64,000 nt of DNA, taken from the IMG/VR virus record IMGVR_UViG_3300027917_000030; one strand, written 5' to 3'. The position numbers and the translations under genes are program-made. A model generated the notes under the pieces. It was not told the origin of the DNA. It searched no databases and saw only the letters and a list, made by a program, of their open reading frames with translations. This document shows, one piece after another, positions 15,881 to 25,542 of this stretch. Within the stretch, counting starts at the first letter, position 1; each line of letters starts with the position of its first letter. The DNA is from a virus (taxonomy: Duplodnaviria; Heunggongvirae; Uroviricota; Caudoviricetes).

Positions 15881-16754
15881 CCTTTACAATAATATGGTCA
15901 TTTCCCAAAACTACTTCATGATTAAGGCCACTGCCACTCTGGAAACCAGCCTTAACAAAAGCAGTTTTAGGTACTCTTAACCTACCATCAACAATCGTTG
16001 CAGTAGCAAGAACGGTGTCACTAACATCTACCTGATGTGAATTCTTTAAAACAATATCGTTTTCGTGTACGGCATAAATCGTAGATTCTTCAGCCCAACC
16101 CAAATGCCTAACCCAAGTTGCAGGAATTTCCAAACGACAATCACCCTTCTGCCTACGAACCTGCCTGTCGTTAGAACTATTCACAACCTGTACTGTACCG
16201 GCAGTTCTGGCACTACTTGGAATAACCATAGGTGTAGCACTCTGGCTGTCGCTTTGGGTATCCTGACTATCATCATTTTTTGCATCCTGGTCGCTTTGCG
16301 CTGGAGGAATCGCCACCTGAGATCGGCGATCATAGGCTGATGCTGAAACAGACTGATGGTGATATAGATATGCTTGTCTGGTATTACCACTTGAAACGGT
16401 AACATCAATCATAGACCGCTCAAAACCAAAGTCTTCCATGAGTCCTTCAACATACAGAATCCTTACAACATGAGCAATATCACGATGCCTTGTAGAAGCA
16501 AACCCTTGCTGCTTAACCTTATTACTTACATCAAGGCTCGTAAAAGATTGTAGTTTATCACAAAAATCTTCTACTACTTCAGTTACCTTGTCCTTAAGTT
16601 CCATCTTTTTCTCTCCTTTTTTGTTTGTTGTATCAGGCGGTACCAATATTGTTAGTACCGGCGCGAAACCATAACCGTCCAATGGTATGATATTTCGCAT
16701 AAAAACGATATCTCTCCAATCTGGTAAACTATAACCATCTTTATCTTTAGACAT
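15873..16754 (-). CDS. Hypothetical protein with C-terminal tandem AbrB/SpoVT-like repeats (293 aa)
   Basis: DCRLEIPATWVRHLGWAEESTIYAVHENDIVLK and GRLRVPKTAFVKAGFQSGSGLNHEVVLGNDHIIVK. Confidence 0.35.
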   Translation of the reverse strand: MSKDKDGYSLPDWRDIVFMRNIIPLDGYGFAPVLTILVPPDTTNKKGEKKMELKDKVTEVVEDFCDKLQSFTSLDVSNKVKQQGFASTRHRDIAHVVRILYVEGLMEDFGFERSMIDVTVSSGNTRQAYLYHHQSVSASAYDRRSQVAIPPAQSDQDAKNDDSQDTQSDSQSATPMVIPSSARTAGTVQVVNSSNDRQVRRQKGDCRLEIPATWVRHLGWAEESTIYAVHENDIVLKNSHQVDVSDTVLATATIVDGRLRVPKTAFVKAGFQSGSGLNHEVVLGNDHIIVKDA

Positions 16755-16762
16755 CTATTACC

Positions 16763-18241
16763 TCAACAGTTCGATTGAAATTCAACAATATACCTTAATC
16801 TATGTTGTTGTCCTGATCCAGAGCCTGCATAAGTCATATTTTCTGAGTTATAAAGACCACTACCTGGTATTGCATATACACTATGATAACCATGTGGAGG
16901 CTGTCTGAAAAATTGTGATCTGGTAACAACATGTGGTTTACCCACAACAACATCCTCTAAAAATAAAAAGGCCCTATTGCTCTTACTACCACCAGACCAA
17001 TATGCCCCACGGCAACCTGTATAATTCATTGATTTTGTTGAGTTTTCTGCATGGTACAGCGCGTCACCAAACATGGAGCCCGTATAAACTGCACCAGATG
17101 GGCGTATCAACAGGCCACGAGTAATGATACCAACCATATTTTGTGGACGCGTACCATGCCACAACGGCCAAACATTGGCAGTTGTGAAAACTTCTTTTTC
17201 ATCTTCACTCAAATCTGGGCGATTCAATTTAGTAAATTTTGGCTGATATTTAGTTCTTCCTTTCCCAATCTGCTTTGCAACTTTTTCTGCCGTAGCCATG
17301 AAATGGTCAGGCTCACCATTTCGAACAAGTTTGAAAATATTAAATATTTTAACACGCCCCAGAAAACTATGATTTCTTGCTCGAGTTTCGTGGGTTAACA
17401 TTTCAACCCATTTATAAATAGGATCAGAAGGATCAATCCAGTCCAACTCAGCATTTAACTTTCTATATTGTTCATCAACCGCCGTGCCTTTACCTAAAAC
17501 GGAAGCAACATTTTTAGCATCTAAAAAGGTATCCAACGTATCATGCTTTTCCATAACTCGATCAATATTATCGAGCCGCAAAGATGTTGGATCAATCTTA
17601 TGTGGCAAAACGTGTGGTATAAGACTGTAGAACTGTGATGTTAGATTATCATAAGCAGTTACATCTGACCTATTTGCCGAGATTAACTTTTTACATTCAT
17701 CTAAGACTGATCGCCCCTTGTCTATTTGTTCCCTGGTAAGTTGTCCCAGAGGACACTTGAGATTCATCTCGATAAAATGACCCGTAGAACCGAACCAACC
17801 AGACACCAAACGCTGGACTTCGGCATGTAGCACACTGATCCCCTTGCCAGCCTCAATGCCCGTCATAGGCTTTTTGATTTCTTTAGCACCAGCAGAACCA
17901 ACACTGGTGATTGCTAAATCAACTTCCCTATATGGATCCTTCTTGCGGTCTCGCTTCTTTTTAACCAGTGATTCATAATCCGACAAGCAAGCGTCTTCTG
18001 ATGAATAATATCTATATTCCTTCGCAGAAGTCTTACCAACTCTGCCGTACATCGTGAAAATTCTTGCTTTTCCATCGGATGCAACTTGAATCTCAGCATG
18101 ATAAAATTTATTTGAATTTTTTATCACGTCGGTGCAATTCCCTTCCCACCTTTTTGTCACCCTAAAGTCTGATGGAAACGGCGGCTGATTAGCATCACCA
18201 TCTTTCCAAACTTTCGCTTTCATACTTGCGCCCATACTCAC
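16763..18241 (-). CDS. Poly(ADP-ribose) polymerase-like protein: WGR domain + PARP catalytic domain
   Basis: N-terminal W..FY...GRVG (WGR). C-terminal LWHGTRPQNMVGIITRGLLIRP...GSMFGDALYHAENSTKSMNYTG...YIVEF aligns with PARP1 [23 protein letters not shown]...[21 protein letters not shown]...YNEYIVY. The H-Y-E triad is present. Confidence 0.8.
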   Translation of the reverse strand: MSMGASMKAKVWKDGDANQPPFPSDFRVTKRWEGNCTDVIKNSNKFYHAEIQVASDGKARIFTMYGRVGKTSAKEYRYYSSEDACLSDYESLVKKKRDRKKDPYREVDLAITSVGSAGAKEIKKPMTGIEAGKGISVLHAEVQRLVSGWFGSTGHFIEMNLKCPLGQLTREQIDKGRSVLDECKKLISANRSDVTAYDNLTSQFYSLIPHVLPHKIDPTSLRLDNIDRVMEKHDTLDTFLDAKNVASVLGKGTAVDEQYRKLNAELDWIDPSDPIYKWVEMLTHETRARNHSFLGRVKIFNIFKLVRNGEPDHFMATAEKVAKQIGKGRTKYQPKFTKLNRPDLSEDEKEVFTTANVWPLWHGTRPQNMVGIITRGLLIRPSGAVYTGSMFGDALYHAENSTKSMNYTGCRGAYWSGGSKSNRAFLFLEDVVVGKPHVVTRSQFFRQPPHGYHSVYAIPGSGLYNSENMTYAGSGSGQQHRLRYIVEFQSNC

Positions 18242-18498
18242 ACCTTTTCTTTTAGAGATTTAATGTGTACAAGAAGTGCTTTATGCCTCTTGCTATCTGG
18301 CATAATACCTTGTGTCTTGTCAATTTCAACCTTTTTATTCTTTTGTAATTTATAGCGCTTTTTATCCTGCTCGTGAAGTTTAAGAAGTTTCTCCATCTTC
18401 TTTTCACACTTTTTAATTTCTGCGTTAATGCGCCTCAATCTATTTGACTCCGTATTCCGTATTTTAATTTTATTGCTTTTTCCTTTACCCTTGGCCAT
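18238..18498 (-). CDS. Small basic coiled-coil protein (86 aa)
   Basis: Lys/Arg-rich helical ORF. Confidence 0.35.
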   Translation of the reverse strand: MAKGKGKSNKIKIRNTESNRLRRINAEIKKCEKKMEKLLKLHEQDKKRYKLQKNKKVEIDKTQGIMPDSKRHKALLVHIKSLKEKV

Positions 18499-18522
18499 TT
18501 TAAATCTCCCTGAAAATAAAAA

Positions 18523-18544
18523 AAGGGCACAAAAATGTGCCCTT
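18523..18544 (-). terminator. Rho-independent terminator after the serine protease gene
   Basis: AAGGGCACA-aaaa-TGTGCCCTT 9-bp stem followed, on the minus strand, by UUUUUUUAUUUU. Confidence 0.6.
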
Positions 18545-18567
18545 AGAATAATATTATAGTATATCTT

Positions 18568-19290
18568 TTATAAGAATTTTCTAATCATTTCCCAAGCAAT
18601 AGCATAATGTCCACCTGGCTCTATAAGAATACAATGAGCACTCACTCTCAAGAGATGGATAGCATGTAGCACCCCAACAAGTTGGCCTGCTTCATTAAAC
18701 ATTCCACCACCAGAGTTGCCAAAAAACACCTCGGCATCCGTACGATAGAGCAACTTACTTCCCGAAGAAACTTTGTTACTAACTATTCCACGGGTGACCG
18801 TTCGCTTCTCACCAAGTGGCGCACCAATAACCCAAATTCTTTCACCTATTTTTCCACCAACATTAGATACATCTGCATATGGTCCATCGTCCTTTTCTTT
18901 CTCGGTACCTATTAAAAGAGCCAGATCACTTTTAGCGTCATATTTATATATGACCATTTTGCGAATCTCTTTTTTTCTATATAAAATGTTAACTGGCTTA
19001 TCAAATTTTTGCCGATCGTCAACCACATGTGCTGCGGTTAAAACAATCATATAATCGTTACGCTGATTATGAATAATGGTACCAGCCCCCATGACACCGC
19101 CACGATCGTTTAAAACAGAAACGCTTGCAGCGTAAATGCCACGAATTTCTGGGGAAACATCCATGTACATAGATTTAACGCACCCTGTACAGAACAAAGC
19201 CAAAATAATCAGGACAAAAAACTTTTTCATATCCACCTCTCCTTTTTTAACCTGGAAAGCCAGCGAGAGGCGAAACGATTGGCATAGCAC
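18568..19290 (-). CDS. Trypsin-like serine protease (S1/DegP-like), membrane/secreted
   Basis: N-terminal hydrophobic segment, His in LTAAHVV, and the Ser motif GNSGGGMF. Confidence 0.7.
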   Translation of the reverse strand: MLCQSFRLSLAFQVKKGEVDMKKFFVLIILALFCTGCVKSMYMDVSPEIRGIYAASVSVLNDRGGVMGAGTIIHNQRNDYMIVLTAAHVVDDRQKFDKPVNILYRKKEIRKMVIYKYDAKSDLALLIGTEKEKDDGPYADVSNVGGKIGERIWVIGAPLGEKRTVTRGIVSNKVSSGSKLLYRTDAEVFFGNSGGGMFNEAGQLVGVLHAIHLLRVSAHCILIEPGGHYAIAWEMIRKFL

Positions 19291-19712
19291 TCTGCGTCTG
19301 TATAGACAGACCAGCGTTTGTCTTTTTCTCCATACTTATGAAGAGCGTAAAGGTGTCCAAGTTCATGTAAATAATACCAAACTATGCTCTCTCTGGGTTC
19401 CCTATTTAATTGAACTGATACATGAATTGTATCGTCTGAACCATCACAAAATGCAAAAGGAGGGTGCCCAGGATCACCAGGATCCTTCTCATCATCGCTC
19501 CAATAGTAATTGTAGAGTTCTGATAAACTGGAATGTACTACTAAACTTGGCTGAGGATAAGTGTTTGGAAGTCTTTCCAAAAGGTCTCTGTAGATTCTGC
19601 AAACTCCAGTGGACTTTTTCCTGCGAGGCCTCGTCATTCGGCGGCATTTCCTCCATACTTTATATTCGTATGAAAGAAAATTGGCAGAGAGAACAAGACC
19701 TCGCAGGATCAT
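19227..19712 (-). CDS. Putative zinc metallopeptidase (161 aa)
   Basis: YYLHELGHLYALHKYGE (HExxH...H). The start may be shorter than the ORF. Confidence 0.45.
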   Translation of the reverse strand: MILRGLVLSANFLSYEYKVWRKCRRMTRPRRKKSTGVCRIYRDLLERLPNTYPQPSLVVHSSLSELYNYYWSDDEKDPGDPGHPPFAFCDGSDDTIHVSVQLNREPRESIVWYYLHELGHLYALHKYGEKDKRWSVYTDAECYANRFASRWLSRLKKERWI

Positions 19713-19731
19713 TGTAAATAATTACAGCAGT

Positions 19732-20184
19732 TTACCCGCTTTTAATTTTTATTTGCTTCGGAATTTTTTCGGGCTTCTTGGGAATATTTATTGTAAGAAT
19801 TCCATCTTTATGGGTGGCTTCAATCTTTTCAACTTCAACCATAGACGGAAGTGTAAAGGATCTTACAAAAGTTCCTTCAGATCTTTCAACTCTAAAATAC
19901 TCCTTATTTTTATTTTCTTTAATGAGTTTCTTTTCACCCTTAATAGTTAATATCCCACTATCAACAGTGATATCAACATCTTCCTGTTTAACACCAGGCA
20001 GTTCGGCTTCCAGCGTAATCTTCTCCTTATCTTCATACACATCTACGGCTGGCCGCCAATTAGTAACATCAAAATCAAACAAACTTCTCATGTTTCTCTC
20101 AAACCGAGTTAACTCATTAAAAGGGCTCCATTTTACTAACATCTTAACACCTCCTGTTAGAAAAAAAAATTGAAGAACTAACAT
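19732..20184 (-). CDS. Small heat-shock protein Hsp20 (alpha-crystallin domain)
   Basis: WSPFNELTRFERNMRSLFD...WRPAVDVYEDKEKITLEAELPGVKQEDVDITVDSGILTIKGEK. Confidence 0.85.
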   Translation of the reverse strand: MLVLQFFFLTGGVKMLVKWSPFNELTRFERNMRSLFDFDVTNWRPAVDVYEDKEKITLEAELPGVKQEDVDITVDSGILTIKGEKKLIKENKNKEYFRVERSEGTFVRSFTLPSMVEVEKIEATHKDGILTINIPKKPEKIPKQIKIKSG

Positions 20185-20239
20185 GGTTGTAAGATAAACA
20201 TTGCCCGTTTGATGTCAATACTTTTTTCGCAAAAAATTT

Positions 20240-20806
20240 TTAACCGTTTGAGATTCTTGCATTTCTCCGTCGAGTTTCCCAAGCCTTAAGTGCTGCCTCC
20301 CGGCGTTTCGGATCGCGCTGTGGGGCAGCCAATCTGGTACGCATAACTGGATTCCTAATTGAGTCAGGCATATAGCGAGATTTCCTAAACAAAACAGTTT
20401 GCCTGGTCCAAGGAGGAAGGTGTCTTGCCTTCTGTAAATGACGCTCCAATACATTTTTAAGAACCAATGCGGGTTGCAGATCCTCCAATCCAGAGATGTT
20501 CATAACGCCACGCATATGACTTGCTGACGAGGATGATAGGTGCTCTCTTACCAAATTTCTCCCTACCCTCTTAGAAAAGTTATCACGAGGTGAACATAGG
20601 GCAACTGCATAATAGAAATATCTTCCAACACGCAAACCACCAATTGTAGCAAACCCACGATTTAGATTTCTCATCCTGTAGGTACTGAAAGAACTGGGCG
20701 CCGTATCACCACCAATTTGATAGTGTCCATATACAAAATTAGGATCGTGTACCAAAGAACTGTTATACCAGTTATCAAGATTCCAAGAAATTGTTGCTTC
20801 GTGCAT
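20240..20806 (-). CDS. Hypothetical protein (188 aa)
   Basis: ORF, no family recognised. Confidence 0.35.
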   Translation of the reverse strand: MHEATISWNLDNWYNSSLVHDPNFVYGHYQIGGDTAPSSFSTYRMRNLNRGFATIGGLRVGRYFYYAVALCSPRDNFSKRVGRNLVREHLSSSSASHMRGVMNISGLEDLQPALVLKNVLERHLQKARHLPPWTRQTVLFRKSRYMPDSIRNPVMRTRLAAPQRDPKRREAALKAWETRRRNARISNG

Positions 20807-20819
20807 AAGATACTCCTTT

Positions 20820-21347
20820 TCAAATATGGGTTAAAACAAACACTGTTCCAGCAATGTTACAAATTAGAAGATAGATTGTCCAACCAATAACGCTGCCCCT
20901 AATCAGTTTGGGTCTGATATTAGTATACGATTGGAATTTCCAAATATCGGATTCATTTGCAGATTTAAAGATCGCAAGTGCTCCTACAATAAAATCAACA
21001 AAGTTAAACCATGCGAATAGCAATATAACAATAGCGATACTGGGAATGCCTATACTTATGGTCGCCCAAATTTGGGCTTTTAAAACAAAAAGTATATTAG
21101 TAATTTTAGGCATTATAGCAACCAGCGCCATGCCTATCGCACTAATATCCTCCGATCCCTCAGCCTTCTCATATATCACATGAGCAAAAGTAAACCTACC
21201 TAACTTCTTAGATGGAAACGGATAAATAGAGAACTTCCATTTCCACCCAAGCCAGATGGTAAGACCATGTGATAACTCATGTATTACATTTTGCAAAAGC
21301 CATAGGGGGAATATTGCACACAATAGTACAATCCAATGAACTGCCAT
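20820..21347 (-). CDS. Polytopic membrane protein (175 aa), possible intramembrane metalloprotease
   Basis: IHELSHGLT (HExxH-like) in TM helix 1. Confidence 0.35.
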   Translation of the reverse strand: MAVHWIVLLCAIFPLWLLQNVIHELSHGLTIWLGWKWKFSIYPFPSKKLGRFTFAHVIYEKAEGSEDISAIGMALVAIMPKITNILFVLKAQIWATISIGIPSIAIVILLFAWFNFVDFIVGALAIFKSANESDIWKFQSYTNIRPKLIRGSVIGWTIYLLICNIAGTVFVLTHI

Positions 21348-21362
21348 CCTTCCTCCGAAATT

Positions 21363-22409
21363 CTAAAACTGTGGCCCAATACCTAAATTAACAGTCATAC
21401 CTCCACCAGTATCTAAACCCAGTTGGGGGGTTAAGTATAAATTCGTAAATAAAGGCAACGGTTTACCAAGATTAAAAGCAAATGGTGCAAAGGAAAAGTG
21501 CGCCGCTCTTCTCTCTGCATTGTAACCAGCGCCTATTCGGAAGAGTCTAAACCACGAGTCGGCTCGTGTTTCACCATATGATGACAAACTTAAGCCAATA
21601 TCCACACCAATTGAGATAATATTTCCTGGGTTGCCTGGGCCATTCACAAATTCGTATACTTTCCCACCTGCGAAAAAATTTAGGTCGAGGATTGGATTAA
21701 ACCAAAACATTTTACTTTTCAACGGAACCTGCATATAGTCTGAAGACATCAGATCAATTGAATACCATTTTTTTGAATCCTTACTGGGTATAGAATATTC
21801 CAATTTATGATGGAAAGTCAGTTGTCCACTCTCACGCTTGCCTACAACCGTAACTAATTTGTGATCCCTGCGATGTACATCATAACTCCAAGGTTTCCCT
21901 TTAGATGCATCAAATTTTACATCAGCAACTGGCGCTTCTTTAGAATCTTTAAGTTCCTTAATCTGTGGCCTTTTTGTGTATCCATGCACATCGATCAGGC
22001 GTCCATCATCACACTTCACAACTTTGGGGTTTTCTGGACCCTCACTGTCACTTTTCTCCAGACTTGCCACTTTGCGCTTGACAGAACCCATGGTTCTACC
22101 AACAGCGGTAAGCCTGGCATCAAGATCATCCAGATCGTTCTCTAATGCCTTGAAATCTTCCTTTGTTAAAAGATCTTTAGTCTGTGACTCGAGATCGCTT
22201 TTTGTAACCCACTTGTTGCTACTTCTAACCAGAGTTTCTGTTAATTGTTTAAACTCTGTAATTTGACTTTGTAGCCTGGCGTTTTCACTTGTAAGTTTTT
22301 TCCAACCAAAATATCCTACAACAATAAGACCCAATATCAATAATACTCCAACCATTGTCGTAATTGAGTTAAATCTACTGGGTGTTACGATAATTCGTTC
22401 CGTTGACAT
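21363..22409 (-). CDS. Membrane-anchored coiled-coil protein with C-terminal beta-rich domain ending in Phe (348 aa)
   Basis: N-terminal TM, Gln/Glu/Leu coiled coil, then alternating hydrophobic beta-pattern ...VNLGIGPQF-COOH, reminiscent of an OMP-type beta-barrel C-terminus. Confidence 0.35.
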   Translation of the reverse strand: MSTERIIVTPSRFNSITTMVGVLLILGLIVVGYFGWKKLTSENARLQSQITEFKQLTETLVRSSNKWVTKSDLESQTKDLLTKEDFKALENDLDDLDARLTAVGRTMGSVKRKVASLEKSDSEGPENPKVVKCDDGRLIDVHGYTKRPQIKELKDSKEAPVADVKFDASKGKPWSYDVHRRDHKLVTVVGKRESGQLTFHHKLEYSIPSKDSKKWYSIDLMSSDYMQVPLKSKMFWFNPILDLNFFAGGKVYEFVNGPGNPGNIISIGVDIGLSLSSYGETRADSWFRLFRIGAGYNAERRAAHFSFAPFAFNLGKPLPLFTNLYLTPQLGLDTGGGMTVNLGIGPQF

Positions 22410-22422
22410 TTTTCTACCTCTC

Positions 22423-23034
22423 CTAAAGCCTGATGGTTACCATCATATGCTTTGGTATGTATTCGAAGGTAACCCTTCGTATTGGTTTATTATTTTTCTC
22501 TTCCGCTTGATCTAACAACTCTTCAAATTTTTGTTGAGTAAAGAAGTGAACATGATCGGGATTATTATCTGGCTTGGATGGTACAGAAATAATAATGAAT
22601 CTTTTTGCCACCCTTACAATTTCCGAGACAGCCGCACCAGCATTAGGTATATGCTCAATAACTTCTAATGCAGAAACCACATCAAAACTATCATTATCAA
22701 ATAACGTTCCTTCGGAAATGTCTAAATGATGAGTAGTGATTCTATCAACCCCTCCTGCATGCACTGCATAAATTACTTCGTTCCTCCAATCTGATTTCTC
22801 AACACATGTGATTTTCATATCAGGCAAAGCGTTTGCTATAGCCCACAATGCCCTGCCACGTCCGGGACCTACATCCAATAAACTTTCTGGGCGGACACTC
22901 TTTAAAAACCCAATAGTCTTAACAACCCTCGGCAGTTCTTTAGTGTCATATCTCTTAAAATATTTCGCACAATCAATTGGAATGGCTCTAGCACATGCTT
23001 CAGCAAACTCTGTATAATATTTTTCGGAGTCCAT
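22423..23034 (-). CDS. Class I SAM-dependent methyltransferase (203 aa)
   Basis: LLDVGPGRGRALWAIAN motif I and an acidic motif II. Confidence 0.6.
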   Translation of the reverse strand: MDSEKYYTEFAEACARAIPIDCAKYFKRYDTKELPRVVKTIGFLKSVRPESLLDVGPGRGRALWAIANALPDMKITCVEKSDWRNEVIYAVHAGGVDRITTHHLDISEGTLFDNDSFDVVSALEVIEHIPNAGAAVSEIVRVAKRFIIISVPSKPDNNPDHVHFFTQQKFEELLDQAEEKNNKPIRRVTFEYIPKHMMVTIRL

Positions 23035-23187
23035 TTACATTCCTACAAAGTATTTAACGGCAGCATCGATACCTGAAAAGACCATCACTATGATGGTAGC
23101 AGTTGTAAATAAGAGTATACCAGTCCATACTACCGTTTTAGATAATCCCTTACGCCTTTCTTGTTTTAAAAAATCTTCAAATTCCAT
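23035..23187 (-). CDS. Small membrane protein (about 50 aa; trimmed from the 90-aa ORF that overlaps rpsU)
   Basis: MEFEDFLKQERRKGLSKTVVWTGILLFTTATIIVMVF... Confidence 0.25.
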   Translation of the reverse strand: MEFEDFLKQERRKGLSKTVVWTGILLFTTATIIVMVFSGIDAAVKYFVGM

Positions 23188-23188
23188 A

Positions 23189-23479
23189 TTACCCCTTAGG
23201 TTTCCTGGTACTTGCCTGCTGTCTGGCTTTACGACCTCTGGACTTTCGCATTTTCTTAATAGCCTCTCTGTGTTTGCGTCGCTTAACCTCTGAAGGTTTT
23301 TCAGCAAAGCGTCTCTTTTTCAACTCAGTAAGTACGCCTTCCCGTGACATTTTATTCTTAAGATCACGCAGCGCCTTCTCAATGTTGTTATCAAATACTT
23401 CTACTTCTAGTGGACCTACCCGATGCTCTTTCTTTTGCTTCCAGGCTGGACTTCGATTTTGATTATCCATTCTTGCCAT
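23189..23479 (-). CDS. rpsU: Ribosomal protein bS21
   Basis: Compare ...FDNNIEKALRDLKNKMSREGVLTELKKRRFAEKPSEVKRRKHREA with E. coli S21 ...[39 protein letters not shown]. It has a basic tail. Confidence 0.75.
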   Translation of the reverse strand: MARMDNQNRSPAWKQKKEHRVGPLEVEVFDNNIEKALRDLKNKMSREGVLTELKKRRFAEKPSEVKRRKHREAIKKMRKSRGRKARQQASTRKPKG

Positions 23480-23783
23480 TTTTCTGCTTCCTTATTGCTG
23501 AAATAACTAAATATGCGATTAGAAATCCCAAAAAATCACTAATAGAATCACCAACTATTTTATTAATAAATTCTTCTTTACCCGCAAATGGAAATGAGGG
23601 CATGTTGTTTACAACCCAATGTTCAAACATTTCCCAAATAAAAGCAACTGCAAGAGCCGCTGCCCAAACCTTTTTCTTAAATACAGGATAAAGAACAGTA
23701 GTGATTGCTATAAACCAAACTATATGATGTAAAGAGTAAAAATCAAATAAAGTTGTGCCTCCGCTTCCCCATATCCAATTCAT
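23463..23783 (-). CDS. Small polytopic membrane protein (106 aa)
   Basis: Three predicted TM helices. Confidence 0.35.
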   Translation of the reverse strand: MNWIWGSGGTTLFDFYSLHHIVWFIAITTVLYPVFKKKVWAAALAVAFIWEMFEHWVVNNMPSFPFAGKEEFINKIVGDSISDFLGFLIAYLVISAIRKQKNGKNG

Positions 23784-25098
23784 AATCTAAAACCGCCCTT
23801 TCAAATAAATCTTGTAGACTTTTGTGTGGAAAAACAGGTACGGATGTTTTACCACTTGGCACGAGCGAAGCGAGATTTGGGTGTAGAGATAATAAAGCAG
23901 CATTACAATATTTACGCACCACCTTTAAATCCACATCTTCACTCACAGATTCTCCATTATTGATATGGCAATCTAATAAAGGAGTTAGTTTCTCGGAGGG
24001 ATTTACAGCACCATCGACTGCCAATAAGTGCTGCCACTCTCCATCTCGCTGATCTAAAAATATCTGCTTTTTGCCAGGAACAGTCATTGATTGTGGTCTA
24101 ATTATCGGTTTGTCATTTGTATCGTCATAGACCATTTCATATGATATATCCAAGAGCGGAGCATCTCTGGAAGTCACCAAATCCGCACCCACTTCAAAAC
24201 AATCTATTGGCAGACCACAACGAGAGAGTTCATCAATAATATACTCGTTTAAATTCCCAAATACAGTAATGCTAGCATTGGTTTTACCAGCCGCATCTAA
24301 TGTTCTCCGAACATCAGACAATATCTTTGGATCTTTAAACTCAAGTCGCACACCATCCAATCGAGGGCTTTCGGTTGCCAATACCGCACCGTGAACAGGA
24401 TCGTATGTATCGATTAGCAAAACGGGATCCTTGAATGTCCGTTTTATAATCTCATACGCCTCTTGTTCCCTCTTATTAACCATTACCCATGTATGAGACA
24501 TGTCCCCAGTAACAGGGATGTTAAATCTTCTACTGGCTTCAACATTTGATGTAGCCGTGAATCCAGAAATGTATGCAGCACGAACAGCCCGTATCGCAGC
24601 CTCATGATGTGTTCGTTTCGTGCTAGATTCAATCACAGATTTTCCCCTGGCAGCCAAAACAATCCTGGCTGCCTTAGAAGCAATTTTTATATCATGAGAT
24701 AAAACAGACAACACAAAGGTTTCCGCCATATGAACTTCAGGTAATGTACCAGTGATTCTAATTAATGGCTCACCAGTGAAAACAATCTCCCCCTCAGCCA
24801 TCGACCAAAACTCTCCATTAAATTTAAAGTCTTCCAAGAATCTATCAAAATTAGACATATTCATAATACTTTTAAGTATCGGAATATCTTTAAGAAATTT
24901 GATATCATCTTTGGTAAATTTAAGATTTAACAGGAATTCTTTTATCTCTTCTGTTCCAGCCATAACCAAAAATCGACGCTCAGGGGGCAGTTTGTGCACG
25001 AAAGCCTCACATGTTACCACCCTTTTATGCAGCCCTTTATAAAATTGAACTGCCATCATAGCAATTTGGTGTAGGTCAACTTTCAGACTTTCGTGCAT
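23743..25098 (-). CDS. pncB: Nicotinate (or nicotinamide) phosphoribosyltransferase, NAPRTase family
   Basis: FTGEPLIRITGTLPEVHMAETFVLSVLSHDIKIASKAARIV, RAAYISGFTATSNV, IPVTGDMSHTWV, LLIDTYD and GVRLEFKDP track E. coli PncB (LLRIEGPL..ETPLLNLINFQTLIATKAARV; RAAYIGGADATSNV; IPVAGTMAHSFV; LLVDTYD; GVRIDSGD). Confidence 0.75.
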   Translation of the reverse strand: MHESLKVDLHQIAMMAVQFYKGLHKRVVTCEAFVHKLPPERRFLVMAGTEEIKEFLLNLKFTKDDIKFLKDIPILKSIMNMSNFDRFLEDFKFNGEFWSMAEGEIVFTGEPLIRITGTLPEVHMAETFVLSVLSHDIKIASKAARIVLAARGKSVIESSTKRTHHEAAIRAVRAAYISGFTATSNVEASRRFNIPVTGDMSHTWVMVNKREQEAYEIIKRTFKDPVLLIDTYDPVHGAVLATESPRLDGVRLEFKDPKILSDVRRTLDAAGKTNASITVFGNLNEYIIDELSRCGLPIDCFEVGADLVTSRDAPLLDISYEMVYDDTNDKPIIRPQSMTVPGKKQIFLDQRDGEWQHLLAVDGAVNPSEKLTPLLDCHINNGESVSEDVDLKVVRKYCNAALLSLHPNLASLVPSGKTSVPVFPHKSLQDLFERAVLDYELDMGKRRHNFI

Positions 25099-25107
25099 TA
25101 TGAACTC

Positions 25108-25542
25108 CTAAAAATACCAATCTGGATCAGTGTCTCTCTTTTCTCCAAGAATTAACTTCAACTTATCTCGCGAATGAAGAATTTCTTGAATGATTCGAAA
25201 GTATGTATCGCGCCGTCGGCGATAGTCTTCATCATTTTTCACAGGTTTGGGATTATATTCCCCTTCATCCTTGGAACATATGTGTGGTCTATGCGGCGGT
25301 AAATCGATAAACGAACCACCCTCTTTCGGATCAACAGGAGAAATAATTCCACGACGAATCAAATCCTCTCGTAAATTTTTGGAATTTTTCTCAGTAGACA
25401 TCACGGGGGACGCCCTCTTCTTTGAGATAATTCCAGTTTTGTTTGGTGTAATTACACCAAAGGCAATCAGCAGTCGCCGTCGGTTCCTACACTCCTTGTC
25501 TGTTGCAAATGCCAGGTCATTTGAATTAACGGTTTGAACCAT
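25108..25542 (-). CDS. Hypothetical protein (144 aa)
   Basis: ORF downstream of the E1-like gene. No motif recognised. It is not an obvious ubiquitin-like protein and has no C-terminal GG. Confidence 0.3.
   Translation of the reverse strand: MVQTVNSNDLAFATDKECRNRRRLLIAFGVITPNKTGIISKKRASPVMSTEKNSKNLREDLIRRGIISPVDPKEGGSFIDLPPHRPHICSKDEGEYNPKPVKNDEDYRRRRDTYFRIIQEILHSRDKLKLILGEKRDTDPDWYF

Noticed and set aside
23035-23307. 90-aa ORF overlapping rpsU in another frame
   Set aside because: The overlapping part has no support, whereas bS21 is strongly supported. It was kept only as the short downstream membrane peptide starting at the internal Met (23035-23187).
25108-25542. 144-aa ORF downstream of the E1-like gene as the ubiquitin-like substrate (contains KEGGSF)
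   Set aside because: The Gly-Gly is internal rather than near the C-terminus, and the sequence is highly charged and Arg-rich rather than beta-grasp-like. The 209-aa GG-LQYE protein is the better, though still weak, candidate.
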